In this document: one piece after another, positions 10,726-21,306 of the stretch
How the letters are laid out: every line of letters starts with the position of its first letter
How positions within the stretch are numbered: position 1 is the first letter of the stretch
Assembly: GCA_963785305.1 (NCBI GenBank)
Contig: CAWAUV010000008.1
Location: 960,001-1,024,000, forward strand
DNA length: 64,000 nt
DNA from: an uncultured Planctomycetaceae bacterium
GTDB lineage: Bacteria; Planctomycetota; Planctomycetia; Pirellulales; PALSA-1355
Direction: 5' to 3'
Made by a program: the position numbers and the translations under genes
The notes under the pieces: model-generated
The model's database searches: none
Told to the model about the DNA's origin: nothing
What the model saw: the letters and a program-made list of their open reading frames with translations, nothing else

Positions 10726-10966
10726 CGAGCCCACGGCGGTTCGGTGGCTTCGCGCATTGCGAGGCATTAAAGAATTCCCCGGGCACGTGGCGAGGCCGAA
10801 CGAGACGGTCGAGCGAGATATGCGCCGCCCAGGGAGAGTGCGTCGGGCCACGCCCAGGGGCCATTTTCCATCTTACAGCGCCCCGATCGCATTGCAACCT
10901 CGGCCCAGAAAAGGTAGGTTCGCGCTTCGCGGCGTCGGGTTCCTCGAGTCTTTTGGCGACCCTCCG

Positions 10967-11413
10967 ATGATCTATGATCTGCTTTCCGCGGCCCATCGCT
11001 ACCGAGCGCTCGATGCCCGCCTGCGAGCCGGCTTCGACTTCCTGCTCTCGGCCGACCTCGCCTCCATGCCGCTCGGCCGCCACGAACTCGACGGCGATCG
11101 GCTCCTGGTGAGCATTCAATCCGAATCGGGCCGCGGTGAATCGGGCGCCCGACTCGAAGCGCATCGGGCCTATGCCGATATTCAGGTCGCCGTCTCGGGC
11201 GAAGACCACATCGGCTGGAGCCCATTGGCCGATTGCCTCGCGATCACGGAGCCCTACGACGCCAATCGCGACATCATCTTCTTCGGTGATGCTCCCCAGT
11301 TTTGGCTTCCGCTTCCGCCGGGCCGATTCGCGGTATTCTATCCCGACGACGCGCATGCCCCGCTGGCTGGCGTCGGGCCGATCCTGAAGGCCGTGGTCAA
11401 GGTCGCGATATGA
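10967..11413 (+). CDS. YhcH/YjgK/YiaL (NanQ/TabA-like) family protein
   Basis: LEAHRAYADIQ and FAVFYPDDAHAP ... KAVVKV motifs. Confidence 0.9.
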   Translation: MIYDLLSAAHRYRALDARLRAGFDFLLSADLASMPLGRHELDGDRLLVSIQSESGRGESGARLEAHRAYADIQVAVSGEDHIGWSPLADCLAITEPYDANRDIIFFGDAPQFWLPLPPGRFAVFYPDDAHAPLAGVGPILKAVVKVAI

Positions 11414-11606
11414 CTTGGCGCCATGGCATGAACCACGCTTGAACAAGTGTTGTTTTCGATCGCGCGCGTCAAATTCGTTTCCGGTTCCCTTCGCGGGCGC
11501 TGCTTTCATCGGTTCGCCGGGCGGCTTATAATGCGGCCTCGCCTGGGCAGCGTTGGTTTTGGATTGCTCTGCGCATTGGTTGGCGCTTTCCACGAATAGG
11601 TTCCGC

Positions 11607-12947
11607 ATGCTTCCGTTTCGCCGGGCGATCGCTGGTTGGCTCGGGATGATCGCGCCGCTTGTCATCGGATGTTCGGCCGGGGGCGAAGGCGATCCGACGC
11701 TCATCAAGATCGTCTCCAGCATGCCGCGCACCGGCAGCGCCAAGGCCCAGACCGACACGATCGTCAACGGCATTCGTATCGCGCTCGACGAAGCGAATCA
11801 TCGCGTCGGCGAGTTTCGCATCGAATACGCCGACTGGGACGACGCCACCGCCGCCGCCGCTCAGTGGACCGCCGAAAAAGAAACGTCCAACGCGAAGCGG
11901 GCTGCCCGCGACCCCGATGTAATGGCCTATATCGGCACCTACAATTCGGGCGCCGCCAAGATTTCGATGCCGATCCTCAATCGCGCCCATCTGCTGATGG
12001 TCAGCCCGGCCAATACCGCCATCGGGCTCACGAAGCCGGGCCTGGGCGATCGCGGCGAGCCGGAAATGTATCGCCCCACCGGCAAGATCAATTACACCCG
12101 GGTTGTGCCGGCCGATGATTTGCAGGGCACGCTCAGCGCCGCTTGGGCCAAGGAGCTGGGGTTCCAACGCGTGTATGTGCTCGATGACAACGAAGTCTAT
12201 GGCAAGGGCCTCGCCACGGTGTTCGCCGACGCCTGCCGCGACCTGGGCCTCGAAGTGCTCGGACACGAAAGCATCGACGCCAAGGCCCAAGAATTCAAGT
12301 CGCTGATGATCGCCATTCGCGAGGCACGGCCCGACTTGATTTACTTCGGCGGCTCGACGCAGACCAAGGGCGGCCAGATTGCCAAGGACTTGGTTGCGGC
12401 CGGGCTCGACGCCAAGATCATGGTGCCCGATGCGTGTTTCGAAGATGCTTTCATCGCCGCCGCCGGCGCCAAGAACGTCAACGACCGGTGCTACGCCACC
12501 TTCGGCGGCCTTCCGCCCGACGCGCTCGTGGGCCGCGGCAAGGAGTTCGTCGAAAAATACACTCAGGTGTATCACAAGGAGCCCGAAGCCTACGCGATCT
12601 ATGGCTATGAGGCCGGTAAAGTGGCGCTCACCGCGATCGCGCGGGCCGGCAAGAAAGACCGCCAAGCGATCGTCGACGCGTGCCTCGCGATCAAGAACTT
12701 CGACCAGGGCGCCCTGGGACGCTGGTCTTTCGATGCCAATGGCGACACCACGCTCACGGCCATCAGCGGCAGCACCGTGCATGATGGAAAGTTCGAGTTC
12801 GTCAAAGTGCTCAATCAGCCAAACGCGGCGCCCGAGGCGACCGATGGTTCGGCGAAGGCGCGACACGGCGCGTCGCGCGTGAGGCCCGCCGACGCTCGAC
12901 CTTCGGCGGCTTTGAGCGCGAGCCGGGCCTTGGAGGGGAGTCGCTAA
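11607..12947 (+). CDS. livK: Branched-chain amino acid ABC transporter substrate-binding lipoprotein (LivK/LivJ-like)
   Basis: IGTYNSG, SPANT, RVVPADDLQG, YGKGLA motifs; lipobox-like VIGC; operon context. Confidence 0.85.
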   Translation: MLPFRRAIAGWLGMIAPLVIGCSAGGEGDPTLIKIVSSMPRTGSAKAQTDTIVNGIRIALDEANHRVGEFRIEYADWDDATAAAAQWTAEKETSNAKRAARDPDVMAYIGTYNSGAAKISMPILNRAHLLMVSPANTAIGLTKPGLGDRGEPEMYRPTGKINYTRVVPADDLQGTLSAAWAKELGFQRVYVLDDNEVYGKGLATVFADACRDLGLEVLGHESIDAKAQEFKSLMIAIREARPDLIYFGGSTQTKGGQIAKDLVAAGLDAKIMVPDACFEDAFIAAAGAKNVNDRCYATFGGLPPDALVGRGKEFVEKYTQVYHKEPEAYAIYGYEAGKVALTAIARAGKKDRQAIVDACLAIKNFDQGALGRWSFDANGDTTLTAISGSTVHDGKFEFVKVLNQPNAAPEATDGSAKARHGASRVRPADARPSAALSASRALEGSR

Positions 12948-12948
12948 T

Positions 12949-13899
12949 ATGGGGCTCCTGGCACTTGTCGACACGCCCGGCTCGGGGGAAATCTTCCTGC
13001 AGTTTTGCTTGGTGGGCCTCACCACCGGCTCGCTGTTTGCCCTGATCGCGCTTGGCTACACGATGGTCTATGGCATCGTCGAGATGATCAACTTCGCCCA
13101 TGGCGACGTGTTCATGCTCGGCTCGCTCTTGGCGCTGGCGCTCGTTTCGGGGCTGCGTTTGGAGTCGGCGAGTCTCGCGGGGCGGATCGCCGGGCTCGCG
13201 ATCACGCTCCTGGCGTGCATGGTGTTTTGCGCGGTGGTGAGCGTGGTGATCGATCGGCTCGTGTATCGACCGCTGCGGCATGCGCCGAAGCTCGCGCCGC
13301 TGGTTTCGGGCGTGGGCGCGAGCTTCGTGCTCGGCAATATCGGGCTTTTGTGGCTCGGCGCCGCGGATCATGATTTTCCCGACCTTGTTTCACGCCGCAA
13401 TCTGCTCGGCGAGACCGCCGCGGTGCAGATCACGATGAAAGACCTCATGGTGCTCGGAATCACGGCCCCGATCATGATCGGGCTCACGCTGTTCGTGAAA
13501 CGCACCTCGCTCGGCCGCGCGATGCGGGCCACGGCGCAAAACCCCATGGCGGCGCGGCTGATGGGAATCGATGTCGATCGCGTGGTGATGGCCACCTTCG
13601 CCATCGGCGGCGCCTTGGCCGGCGCGGCCAGCCTGATCTATGGACTGTATATCAACACGGTCAGCTACCAGATGGGGTTTCAAAACGGGCTCTATGCCTT
13701 CACCGCCGCCGTGCTCGGCGGCATCGGCAATATTCCCGGCGCGGTCGTGGGCGGCATCGTGCTCGGGCTCACCCGGTCGCTCGGCAGCGCCTATGTCGGC
13801 GAGCGCTGGACCACGTCGCTGATCTTCGTGATTCTGATCGTGATTCTCGTGTTCAAGCCATCGGGCCTGTTGGGCACGCGCGTGCCGGAGAAGGTATGA
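12949..13899 (+). CDS. livH: Branched-chain amino acid ABC permease
   Basis: ALIALGYTMVYGIVEMINFAHG; LGRAMRATAQ; AAVLGGIG. Confidence 0.92.
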   Translation: MGLLALVDTPGSGEIFLQFCLVGLTTGSLFALIALGYTMVYGIVEMINFAHGDVFMLGSLLALALVSGLRLESASLAGRIAGLAITLLACMVFCAVVSVVIDRLVYRPLRHAPKLAPLVSGVGASFVLGNIGLLWLGAADHDFPDLVSRRNLLGETAAVQITMKDLMVLGITAPIMIGLTLFVKRTSLGRAMRATAQNPMAARLMGIDVDRVVMATFAIGGALAGAASLIYGLYINTVSYQMGFQNGLYAFTAAVLGGIGNIPGAVVGGIVLGLTRSLGSAYVGERWTTSLIFVILIVILVFKPSGLLGTRVPEKV

Positions 13900-15016
13900 A
13901 GTCGTTCGCCGGCAAGTTCCCGTCGTTTCCCTTGCTCGCGATCGCGGCGGCGATCGTGTATCCGCTGACGCCGGCGATCGAGAATCGCCTGTTTGGTTGG
14001 ACGCAAATCTCGCTGGGCGAGGAGCTCACGAATATCTTCATCTATGCGATTCTCGCCCTGGGGCTCAATGTGGTGGTGGGCTATGCGGGCCTCTTGCAGC
14101 TAGGAATCGCGGCTTTTTTCGGCATCGGCGCTTATGTCACCGGCATTTTGACCGTGCCGGCTTATCCGTTTCAAACCGGCTTTTGCGTGGCGCTCGTGGC
14201 TTCGACGCTGATCGCGGCGCTGGCCGGCTTGGCGCTCGCCGGGCCCACCTTGCGGCTACGCGGCGATTATCTGGCGATCGTCACGCTCGGCTTCGGCGAA
14301 GTGGTGCGCTGATGGTCTGCGCAATTTCGAGCAGATCACGGCGGGCACGCGCGGACTCAACCCGGTGCCCACGCCGCGCCCGCCGGCGCTCGTGACCGAA
14401 GGGCTTGATCGGCTGGGGCTCACGATCGACTGGCTCAACGATTATCGCCCGTTTTATTTTCTCACGCTCGGGCTGCTGGTCGCCACGCTCTGGATGCTGC
14501 GCAACCTGGAACGCGCGCGGATCGGCCGGGCCTGGAATGCGATTCGCGAGGACGAGCTCGCGGCGAGTTGCATGGGGGTGCGCGACGATGCGCGCCAAGA
14601 TGGCGGCCTTCAGCCTGGGCGCCGCCCTGGCCGGCATGGCCGGCTGTCTCTACGCCACGGCGCTGCGAAGCACGGCCGACCCAAACGCGTACGACTTCAA
14701 TCGCTCGATGATCATGCTCTGCTGCCTGATCGTGGGCGGGCTCGGCAGCTTGCGCGGGGCGGTGCTCGGCGTGTTTCTCATCATCGGTTTCGACAACATC
14801 GTGGCGCCGGCGGTGGATGGTTGGATTCAGAATTCGACGCTCGTCGAACGCGCGCACGATACTTTGAGCCGCGTGGCGGTGAACATCTCGCCCGATCGAC
14901 TGCGGACGTGGCTCTCGTTTAGTTCGTGGCGGATGATGATTTTCGGTCTGGCGTTGATCGTGGTCATTCGCTTCAAGCCGCATGGCCTGGCGCCGGCGGC
15001 GGCGCGGCGCGAGTAA
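13896..15016 (+). CDS. livM: Branched-chain amino acid ABC permease (frameshifts near 14307, 14582)
   Basis: ALGLNVVVGYAGLL; LRLRGDYLAIVTLGFGE; GRAWNAIREDE. Confidence 0.88.
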
Positions 15017-15100
15017 TGGCGTGCCTCGTGGGTAGATGAATCGATTGCAATTCACGTCGCGTGGCGGCGCGACCCGTCGAAGCCTCGGGTTCCGTGGAAC

Positions 15101-16435
15101 ATGCCTCTTCTTTCGCTCAAGAATCTGACTGTTCGCTTCGGCGGGCTCACGGCCGTGAGCGAGGTGGATTGCGGCGTCGATGCCGGGCAGATATTTTCGA
15201 TCATCGGACCCAATGGCGCCGGCAAGACCACGGTCTTCAACACGATCAGCGGTCTCTATCGCCCGACCGAAGGCGCGATCGAGTTCGCCGGACCTCCGCT
15301 CGAGCGGCCGTTCACGCCGGCGGTGCTCGTGCGCGCGATCGTGTTTGGCCTGATCACCGGCTTGGGCGCCTTCTTCTTCTCCAGCGACCTCGACGGCCTA
15401 TGGGCCGCGACCATCAAGCGAAATTACATGGAGCGCGACGAACCCTTCGACCGCGCCGGCGCCCGGCGCGACTTCTTCGCCTATTTTCGCGGCGATCTGG
15501 CGGTCGAGCATCGCGGGCGCCGCTGGCTTGTCGTCACCGCCGATGGCCGCCAGCAACTCTCGAACGAGCCCGATCGCGATGCCGCGCTCGTGGCCCGCGA
15601 TCGGCTGCAAGCCCTCGTGACGGCGCTCGCCGCTCGCGGAACAGCCGCGGCCACCGTCCGGTCCGAAAACGCCGAGGATTATGCGGTGGCGTTCGATGGG
15701 CAATCGTTTCCGCTCGGTCGCTTTGGCGCTCCGGCGCTCGCCGAGCGGCAGCTCGCGCGGCTGCAAAAGCTCGCGGCGGCGATGCGACCGAGAACCTATC
15801 GCATCGTCGGCGGCGCGGCCCTGGGGTTTGTCGTGGGCTTTGCCGGCGCCTTGAGCGTGTGGCGCCGCTCGCGCCGCACTCCGGAAGTGATCGCGCTGGC
15901 CGGTATCGGCCGCACCTTCCAAAACATTCGCCTATTTCGCCATCTAAGCGTGCTCGACAATGTGCTCGTGGCTTGCGACCGGCGGCTGCGGGGCGGGGCT
16001 TGGCAAATGGCCGTCTGCTCTCCCGCCGTGCAAAAGGAAGAAGCCGCCGCCGCGCGACACGCCAGGGAGCTGCTCGCCTTTGTCGGACTCTCGGGCAACT
16101 TCGCCGCGCCGGCCAATAGCTTGCCCTATGGCGACCAGCGCCGCCTCGAGATTGCGCGGGCGCTCGCCGCCGAGCCGACTTTGCTGCTGCTCGATGAACC
16201 GGCGGCGGGCATGAATCCCTCCGAATCGACGGGGCTCGCGAGTTTGATCGGCCGGATTCGCGATCGCGGTTTGACGGTGCTCTTGATCGAGCATCACATG
16301 CGCGTGGTGATGGGCATTTCCGATCGAATCGCGGTGCTCGACCATGGCGTGAAGATCGGCGAAGGCACGCCCGGGGAAATTCGTGCCAACCCCGCCGTGA
16401 TCAACGCCTATCTCGGCAGCGAGGAGGTGACATGA
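15101..16435 (+). CDS. livG: Branched-chain amino acid ABC ATPase with an approximately 190-aa membrane-domain insertion
   Basis: GPNGAGKTT, RTFQNIRLF, LPYGDQRRLEIARAL, LLLLDEPAAGMN, IEHHM. Confidence 0.88.
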   Translation: MPLLSLKNLTVRFGGLTAVSEVDCGVDAGQIFSIIGPNGAGKTTVFNTISGLYRPTEGAIEFAGPPLERPFTPAVLVRAIVFGLITGLGAFFFSSDLDGLWAATIKRNYMERDEPFDRAGARRDFFAYFRGDLAVEHRGRRWLVVTADGRQQLSNEPDRDAALVARDRLQALVTALAARGTAAATVRSENAEDYAVAFDGQSFPLGRFGAPALAERQLARLQKLAAAMRPRTYRIVGGAALGFVVGFAGALSVWRRSRRTPEVIALAGIGRTFQNIRLFRHLSVLDNVLVACDRRLRGGAWQMAVCSPAVQKEEAAAARHARELLAFVGLSGNFAAPANSLPYGDQRRLEIARALAAEPTLLLLDEPAAGMNPSESTGLASLIGRIRDRGLTVLLIEHHMRVVMGISDRIAVLDHGVKIGEGTPGEIRANPAVINAYLGSEEVT

Positions 16436-17145
16436 GTGCGCTGCTTGAGGTCGAGGGCCTCTCGGCCGGCTATGGCCCGATCGAAGCGATCAAGAACATT
16501 TCGCTGCATGTCGACGAGGGCGAGATCGTGGCCCTGATCGGCGCCAATGGCGCGGGCAAGACCAGCATTCTCATGGCGATCTCGGGATGTCTCGCCGCGC
16601 GCGGCGGATGCATTCGTTTCGCCGGCAATGAGATTACCCGCTGGCCGGCGTATCGGATCGTGCGCGCCGGCATTTGCCATTCGCCCGAGGGACGCAAGAT
16701 TTTTCCGCGCCTCACGGTGATCGAGAATTTGCGATTGGGGGCCTTTACCCGCGACGATCCGGCGGAGCTGAAGCGCGATCTCGAGCATATGTACGAACTG
16801 TTTCCGATTCTGGCCCAGCGGCAGCATCAGGCCGGCGGCACGCTGAGCGGCGGCGAACAGCAAATGCTGGCCGTGGCCCGAGCCCTGATGGGGCATCCGC
16901 GATTGCTCTTGCTCGACGAGCCCTCGCTCGGGCTCGCGCCGCTGGTGACGCTCAAGATTTTCGAGGTGATTCGCCGCGTGCATCGCGAGGGCATGGCGGT
17001 GCTGCTCGTGGAACAAGCGGCTCGCCTGGCGCTCAAATTGGCCACGCGCGGCTATGTGCTCGAAACCGGAGCAATTACGATGAATGATCGCGCCGAGACG
17101 CTGCTCAACGACCGCCGCGTGCAAGACGCATATCTGGGCGAATGA
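16432..17145 (+). CDS. livF: Branched-chain amino acid ABC ATPase
   Basis: GANGAGKT, PEGRKIF, LSGGEQQMLA, LDEPSLGLAP. Confidence 0.93.
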   Translation: MSALLEVEGLSAGYGPIEAIKNISLHVDEGEIVALIGANGAGKTSILMAISGCLAARGGCIRFAGNEITRWPAYRIVRAGICHSPEGRKIFPRLTVIENLRLGAFTRDDPAELKRDLEHMYELFPILAQRQHQAGGTLSGGEQQMLAVARALMGHPRLLLLDEPSLGLAPLVTLKIFEVIRRVHREGMAVLLVEQAARLALKLATRGYVLETGAITMNDRAETLLNDRRVQDAYLGE

Positions 17146-17267
17146 TTCGCCGCGCGCCGCGTCCGATCCGGATTCCCAAGGCCGGCCGATTCGAGTAGTG
17201 TCGCGAGCCGGGAAGCGCTTTGTTTACTTATTGACTTGGGCCGATTGTCTTTTGCCTGGGAACTTGC

Positions 17268-17957
17268 ATGACGCCGGTCGTTGAATTCCTGAAATGGTTG
17301 CTGGGGCTCGCCCAGCCCGAAAACTTGCGCACGATCGTGAATCTGGGCGGCGCCTGGTGGGTCGGCTACTTGATCCTGGCGGCGATCATCTTCAGCGAGA
17401 CGGGCCTCTTGGTCGGGTTCTTTCTGCCGGGCGATTCGCTGCTTTTCACGGCCGGCTTTTTGGCGAGCGCCGGTGATGGCGAGCCGGTTTTCAACCTCGC
17501 GATCCTGTGGGGCGCGCTTTCGGCCGCGGCGATCTTGGGCGACGCGCTGAATTACTATTTCGGCCTGCAAACAGGCGAACATGTATTCGAAAAAGGCAGG
17601 CTGCGCTTCGTCAAGCACGAACATCTGATGGCGGCCCACGCGTTTTACGAACGCCACGGCGGCCAAGCGATCGTGCTCGCGAGGTTCGTTCCCTTGGTGC
17701 GCACCTTCACTCCCTTCGTGGCCGGAGTGGCCCGCATGGGCTATCGCCAATTCGCGATCTACAACATCGTGGGCGGCGTGGGGTGGATCGTGTCGATGAC
17801 ATTGTGTGGTTACTGGCTGGGCCAGATCGACATCGTGAAGCGAAACTTCCAACTCGCGGTGCTGGGCATCGTGGTCGTGAGCGTGCTGCCGATGGTGTGG
17901 AAGGTGGTGAGCAGCCGGCTGGCGACCCGTCCCACGTCGACCAAACCCGGCGAATGA
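17268..17957 (+). CDS. DedA family membrane protein
   Basis: FSETGLLVGFFLPGDSLLFTAG; ARFVPLVRTF. Confidence 0.92.
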   Translation: MTPVVEFLKWLLGLAQPENLRTIVNLGGAWWVGYLILAAIIFSETGLLVGFFLPGDSLLFTAGFLASAGDGEPVFNLAILWGALSAAAILGDALNYYFGLQTGEHVFEKGRLRFVKHEHLMAAHAFYERHGGQAIVLARFVPLVRTFTPFVAGVARMGYRQFAIYNIVGGVGWIVSMTLCGYWLGQIDIVKRNFQLAVLGIVVVSVLPMVWKVVSSRLATRPTSTKPGE

Positions 17958-18097
17958 CGGTGGCGAAGCGACACTCGCCATAAAGCCATGCTCATAAATG
18001 ATTTGCGCTCCTCGGCATCAGTCAAGAGTCGTATTGCCCGCCTTTACCGACCCCGCTAGAATGCCGCGTTCCTCGGGGGTGGGAACCGCTGCCCGGT

Positions 18098-21000
18098 GTG
18101 GCGCCACGCTTCGAGTTTGCCCCCGGCGCCTTGAATAACCTGACGCCACAACACAGAAAGCGGCCCTTTGTCCACGGACGGACCATCGACGGCGGATCAA
18201 TCGTTCTTGGCGCACTGCTTTCTTTTTGGCACGCGCCATATTCTCGCGCGCCCTGGCTCACGATTGGCGTCGCGATCGGGCTCGCCGTGCTGAGCTCGGT
18301 CTATAGCGCCGCCCGGCTCGGCTATCACACCAACCGGCTCGACTTGGTGAGCCCCGATTCCGACTACAACCGCAAATGGACCGCCTACGCGACGGAGTTC
18401 GGCGCCAAGGATGACACGGTGATCGTGTTCGAGGGGGCCAGCCGCGAGAAAATCATTCCCGCGATCGATGAGCTCGCCGCCGCGCTGGCTCGCGAGGAAT
18501 CGCTGCAAACGGTGCTCGCCCGAGTCGACTTCGCCGCGCTTCGCTCCAAGGGTTTGTACTTTCTGGGGGTCGAGCAGCTCGCGGCGATCAATCAGCAGCT
18601 AGAAGCCGCGGGGCCGATCTTGGCCGGCGATTGGTCGCAGCTCAATGTGGGCCATGTCACGGCTCGCGCGCTCGGGGAGATCGAGCGTTCGCTCGGCGCC
18701 ATGATCGGTGTCGCCCCGCCCGCGACCGATCGCGCCAAACCCGGGACGAATGTTCCGACCGAAAATGGCAAGGCCGCCCAAGCCGCGCTCGCGTCGCCAG
18801 CCGCCGCAATTGCTCAAATGACCGAACGCCTCGCCCCGCTCGATCGCTATTGCCAAAGCCTCGCGGCGGCGCTCGAGCGCAAGCCGTTTGTCTCGCCCTG
18901 GCCGCGGGCCGGCGGCGAGTTGGGCTCGCTCAGTCAGTTCGGCTCGCGATACATGATCACGGCCGATGGCCATTTCGGCTTCATCACGCTCAAACTCGCC
19001 GATGGTAAAGACAGCTTCAACAAAAACGCCGAGTCCGCCGCCCTGCTGCGGGACATCATCGTTAAAAATCGAGCCCGATTTCCCGATGTGAAGATCGGAC
19101 TCACCGGGCTGCCGATTATCGAAGACGACGAAATGAACGCCAGCCAAGCGTCGATGCTGTTGGCGAGCATCGTGTCGATGATTGGAGTCGCCATTCTGTT
19201 CATCGCCGGCTTCGGAGGCATTCGCCACGCGCTTTTGGCCAATGCGATTCTGATCGTGGGCATGGCCTGGTCGTTTGCCTACGCCACCGCCACCATCGGG
19301 CATTTGAATATCCTCAGCGTCACGTTCACCGCCACGCTGATCGGCATCGGCATCGACTACGGCGTCTATTACTGCGCCCGCTATTTGCAACTCCGCAAAG
19401 AGCTCGGCTCCTGCGAGGCGGCGCTGCTTGAAACCTCGCGCTCGGCGGGGCCCGCGATCACGACCGGCGCGGTGACCACCGCGATCTCGTTCTTTGCCGC
19501 GGGCTGCACTTCATTCGTGGGCGTGGCCGAGTTGGGGGTGATTGCCGGCGGCGGTATCTTGTTGTGCGCATTGGCCGAACTGTCGATCTTGCCGGCGGCG
19601 ATCTTGCTGGTCGACCGCAGCAATGTTCGCCGGCTGCCCGAGCCGCTGGCGGTGCATGTCTGGATTCAACCGCTGCTCCGCGCCCCGCGTCTCACGCTCA
19701 TGCTGGGCATCGTGCTTACCGGCGTGCTCTCGCTCGGGCTGGGCAAACTTTGGTACGACAACAATCTACTGAACATGCAAGCCGAAGGGCTCGAGAGCGT
19801 CGAGCTCGAACGGCGGCTTCTCTCGGAATGCAGGCAAAGCTCGTGGTATGCGCTCAGCGTGGCCGATTCGGCCGAGACCCTCTTCGCGCGCAAGGCCGAA
19901 TTCGAGCGGTTGCCGAGCGTCGATCGCATTGAAGAGATCGCGTCGATCATTCCGGCCGACGTGGCGACGAAGCAAGCCGCGATCGAGGCGATTCGCGGGC
20001 GGCTGAGGAACCTGCCCGACCATGTGCCGCTGATTGCAGTCGAGCGGCCCGATCGCCTGGCCTGGACTCTTTCGCGGCTCGAGCGCGTACTCGCGCTCGC
20101 CGGACCGAAATCGCCGGTGGTGCGACATCTGGCCCACCTGCGCGGTCTTGTCGAACAAACTCCGCCGGCCGAATGCTATGCGCTGTTGACTCGCTTTCAA
20201 CAGCAGGCCGGCGAAGCGCTCTTCGCCGACTTGCGGCAAGTGCGCGAGGTAGCCGGCGTCGAGCCGCCGCGACTCGCCGACTTGCCTCCCGCGCTGGTCT
20301 CGCGGTTCGTCGGCAAGAGCGGCAAGCACTTGCTGCGAATCTACGGGCGCGGGAATCTTTGGGACACGCAGGCGCTCTCGCGGTTCGTGCATGATGTGCG
20401 GTCGGTCGACCCGAACGTGACCGGCAACCCGCTGCAAGCCCATGAAGCGTCGCTCGAAATGAAGCAAAGCTATCAGCAAGCGGCGCTGTATTCGCTGCTG
20501 ATTATCATCGCCGTGCTGTGGCTTGATTTTCGGAGCGTGCGGCATGCGCTGCTGGCGGCGGCGCCGCTGGGCGTGGGAGTGCTCGAGGCGTTTGGCCTCA
20601 TGGGCTGGCTCCAGATTCCGCTCAACCCGGCCAATTTGATCGCGCTGCCGCTGATCCTGGGCATCGGTGTCGATTACGGCGTGCATATCGTGCATGAGTT
20701 TCGCGAGCAGCGCGGACCCTATCGCATGTCGCCCGGCACCGCCGTGGCGGTGCTGGTCGACGCGCTCACGACCATCATGGGCTACGGCGCGCTGATGGTG
20801 GCCAGCCATCGCGGCTTGCAGAGCCTGGGCCGCGTGCTCACGCTTGGAGTGACTTGCTGCTTGTTCACGTCGCTCATTCTGCTGCCGGCGGTGCTCACCT
20901 GGGCCACCCGCAATCGCAAGGCCGCGCCGGAAGCGAGCCTCGGCGACGAACCTTTGGAAGCCCCCGGCGACGCCATTGCCGATCCCGCGGCGGCGCCCGT

Positions 21001-21139
21001 GGAGAATGAAGCGCGCACTGCGGACGGACCCGACACGGATGGCGCCGACATCAAGGGGCCCGAAATAGCAGGGCCGATCCACAAAGCGCCAGCCGGCTTG
21101 CGACGACCGCGGGCAGCGCCTCGCCCGATGGCGGCATGA
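18098..21139 (+). CDS. MMPL/RND lipid transporter (HpnN-like; start uncertain)
   Basis: Two repeats with GIGIDYG and GIGVDYG motifs; large periplasmic loops. Confidence 0.85.
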   Translation: MAPRFEFAPGALNNLTPQHRKRPFVHGRTIDGGSIVLGALLSFWHAPYSRAPWLTIGVAIGLAVLSSVYSAARLGYHTNRLDLVSPDSDYNRKWTAYATEFGAKDDTVIVFEGASREKIIPAIDELAAALAREESLQTVLARVDFAALRSKGLYFLGVEQLAAINQQLEAAGPILAGDWSQLNVGHVTARALGEIERSLGAMIGVAPPATDRAKPGTNVPTENGKAAQAALASPAAAIAQMTERLAPLDRYCQSLAAALERKPFVSPWPRAGGELGSLSQFGSRYMITADGHFGFITLKLADGKDSFNKNAESAALLRDIIVKNRARFPDVKIGLTGLPIIEDDEMNASQASMLLASIVSMIGVAILFIAGFGGIRHALLANAILIVGMAWSFAYATATIGHLNILSVTFTATLIGIGIDYGVYYCARYLQLRKELGSCEAALLETSRSAGPAITTGAVTTAISFFAAGCTSFVGVAELGVIAGGGILLCALAELSILPAAILLVDRSNVRRLPEPLAVHVWIQPLLRAPRLTLMLGIVLTGVLSLGLGKLWYDNNLLNMQAEGLESVELERRLLSECRQSSWYALSVADSAETLFARKAEFERLPSVDRIEEIASIIPADVATKQAAIEAIRGRLRNLPDHVPLIAVERPDRLAWTLSRLERVLALAGPKSPVVRHLAHLRGLVEQTPPAECYALLTRFQQQAGEALFADLRQVREVAGVEPPRLADLPPALVSRFVGKSGKHLLRIYGRGNLWDTQALSRFVHDVRSVDPNVTGNPLQAHEASLEMKQSYQQAALYSLLIIIAVLWLDFRSVRHALLAAAPLGVGVLEAFGLMGWLQIPLNPANLIALPLILGIGVDYGVHIVHEFREQRGPYRMSPGTAVAVLVDALTTIMGYGALMVASHRGLQSLGRVLTLGVTCCLFTSLILLPAVLTWATRNRKAAPEASLGDEPLEAPGDAIADPAAAPVENEARTADGPDTDGADIKGPEIAGPIHKAPAGLRRPRAAPRPMAA

Positions 21140-21306
21140 TAGCACGCGCCCCTCTGGCCGCGTCGCCCGTCGCAAATCGCCCGCGCACATATTGCGATCG
21201 AGCGTGGTACAATAAGGTAGAGGCCGCTCGGGTTCGACCGGTAGGGCTCCGGGACCGCGAAGCATTTTGTCGATGGCCCAGGGCGATCGGAAAGCAGATT
21301 TTTGCC

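Noticed and set aside
11424..11440. Sigma-54 promoter upstream of the liv operon
   Set aside because: GG-N10-GC spacing is present but the TT of the -12 element is missing
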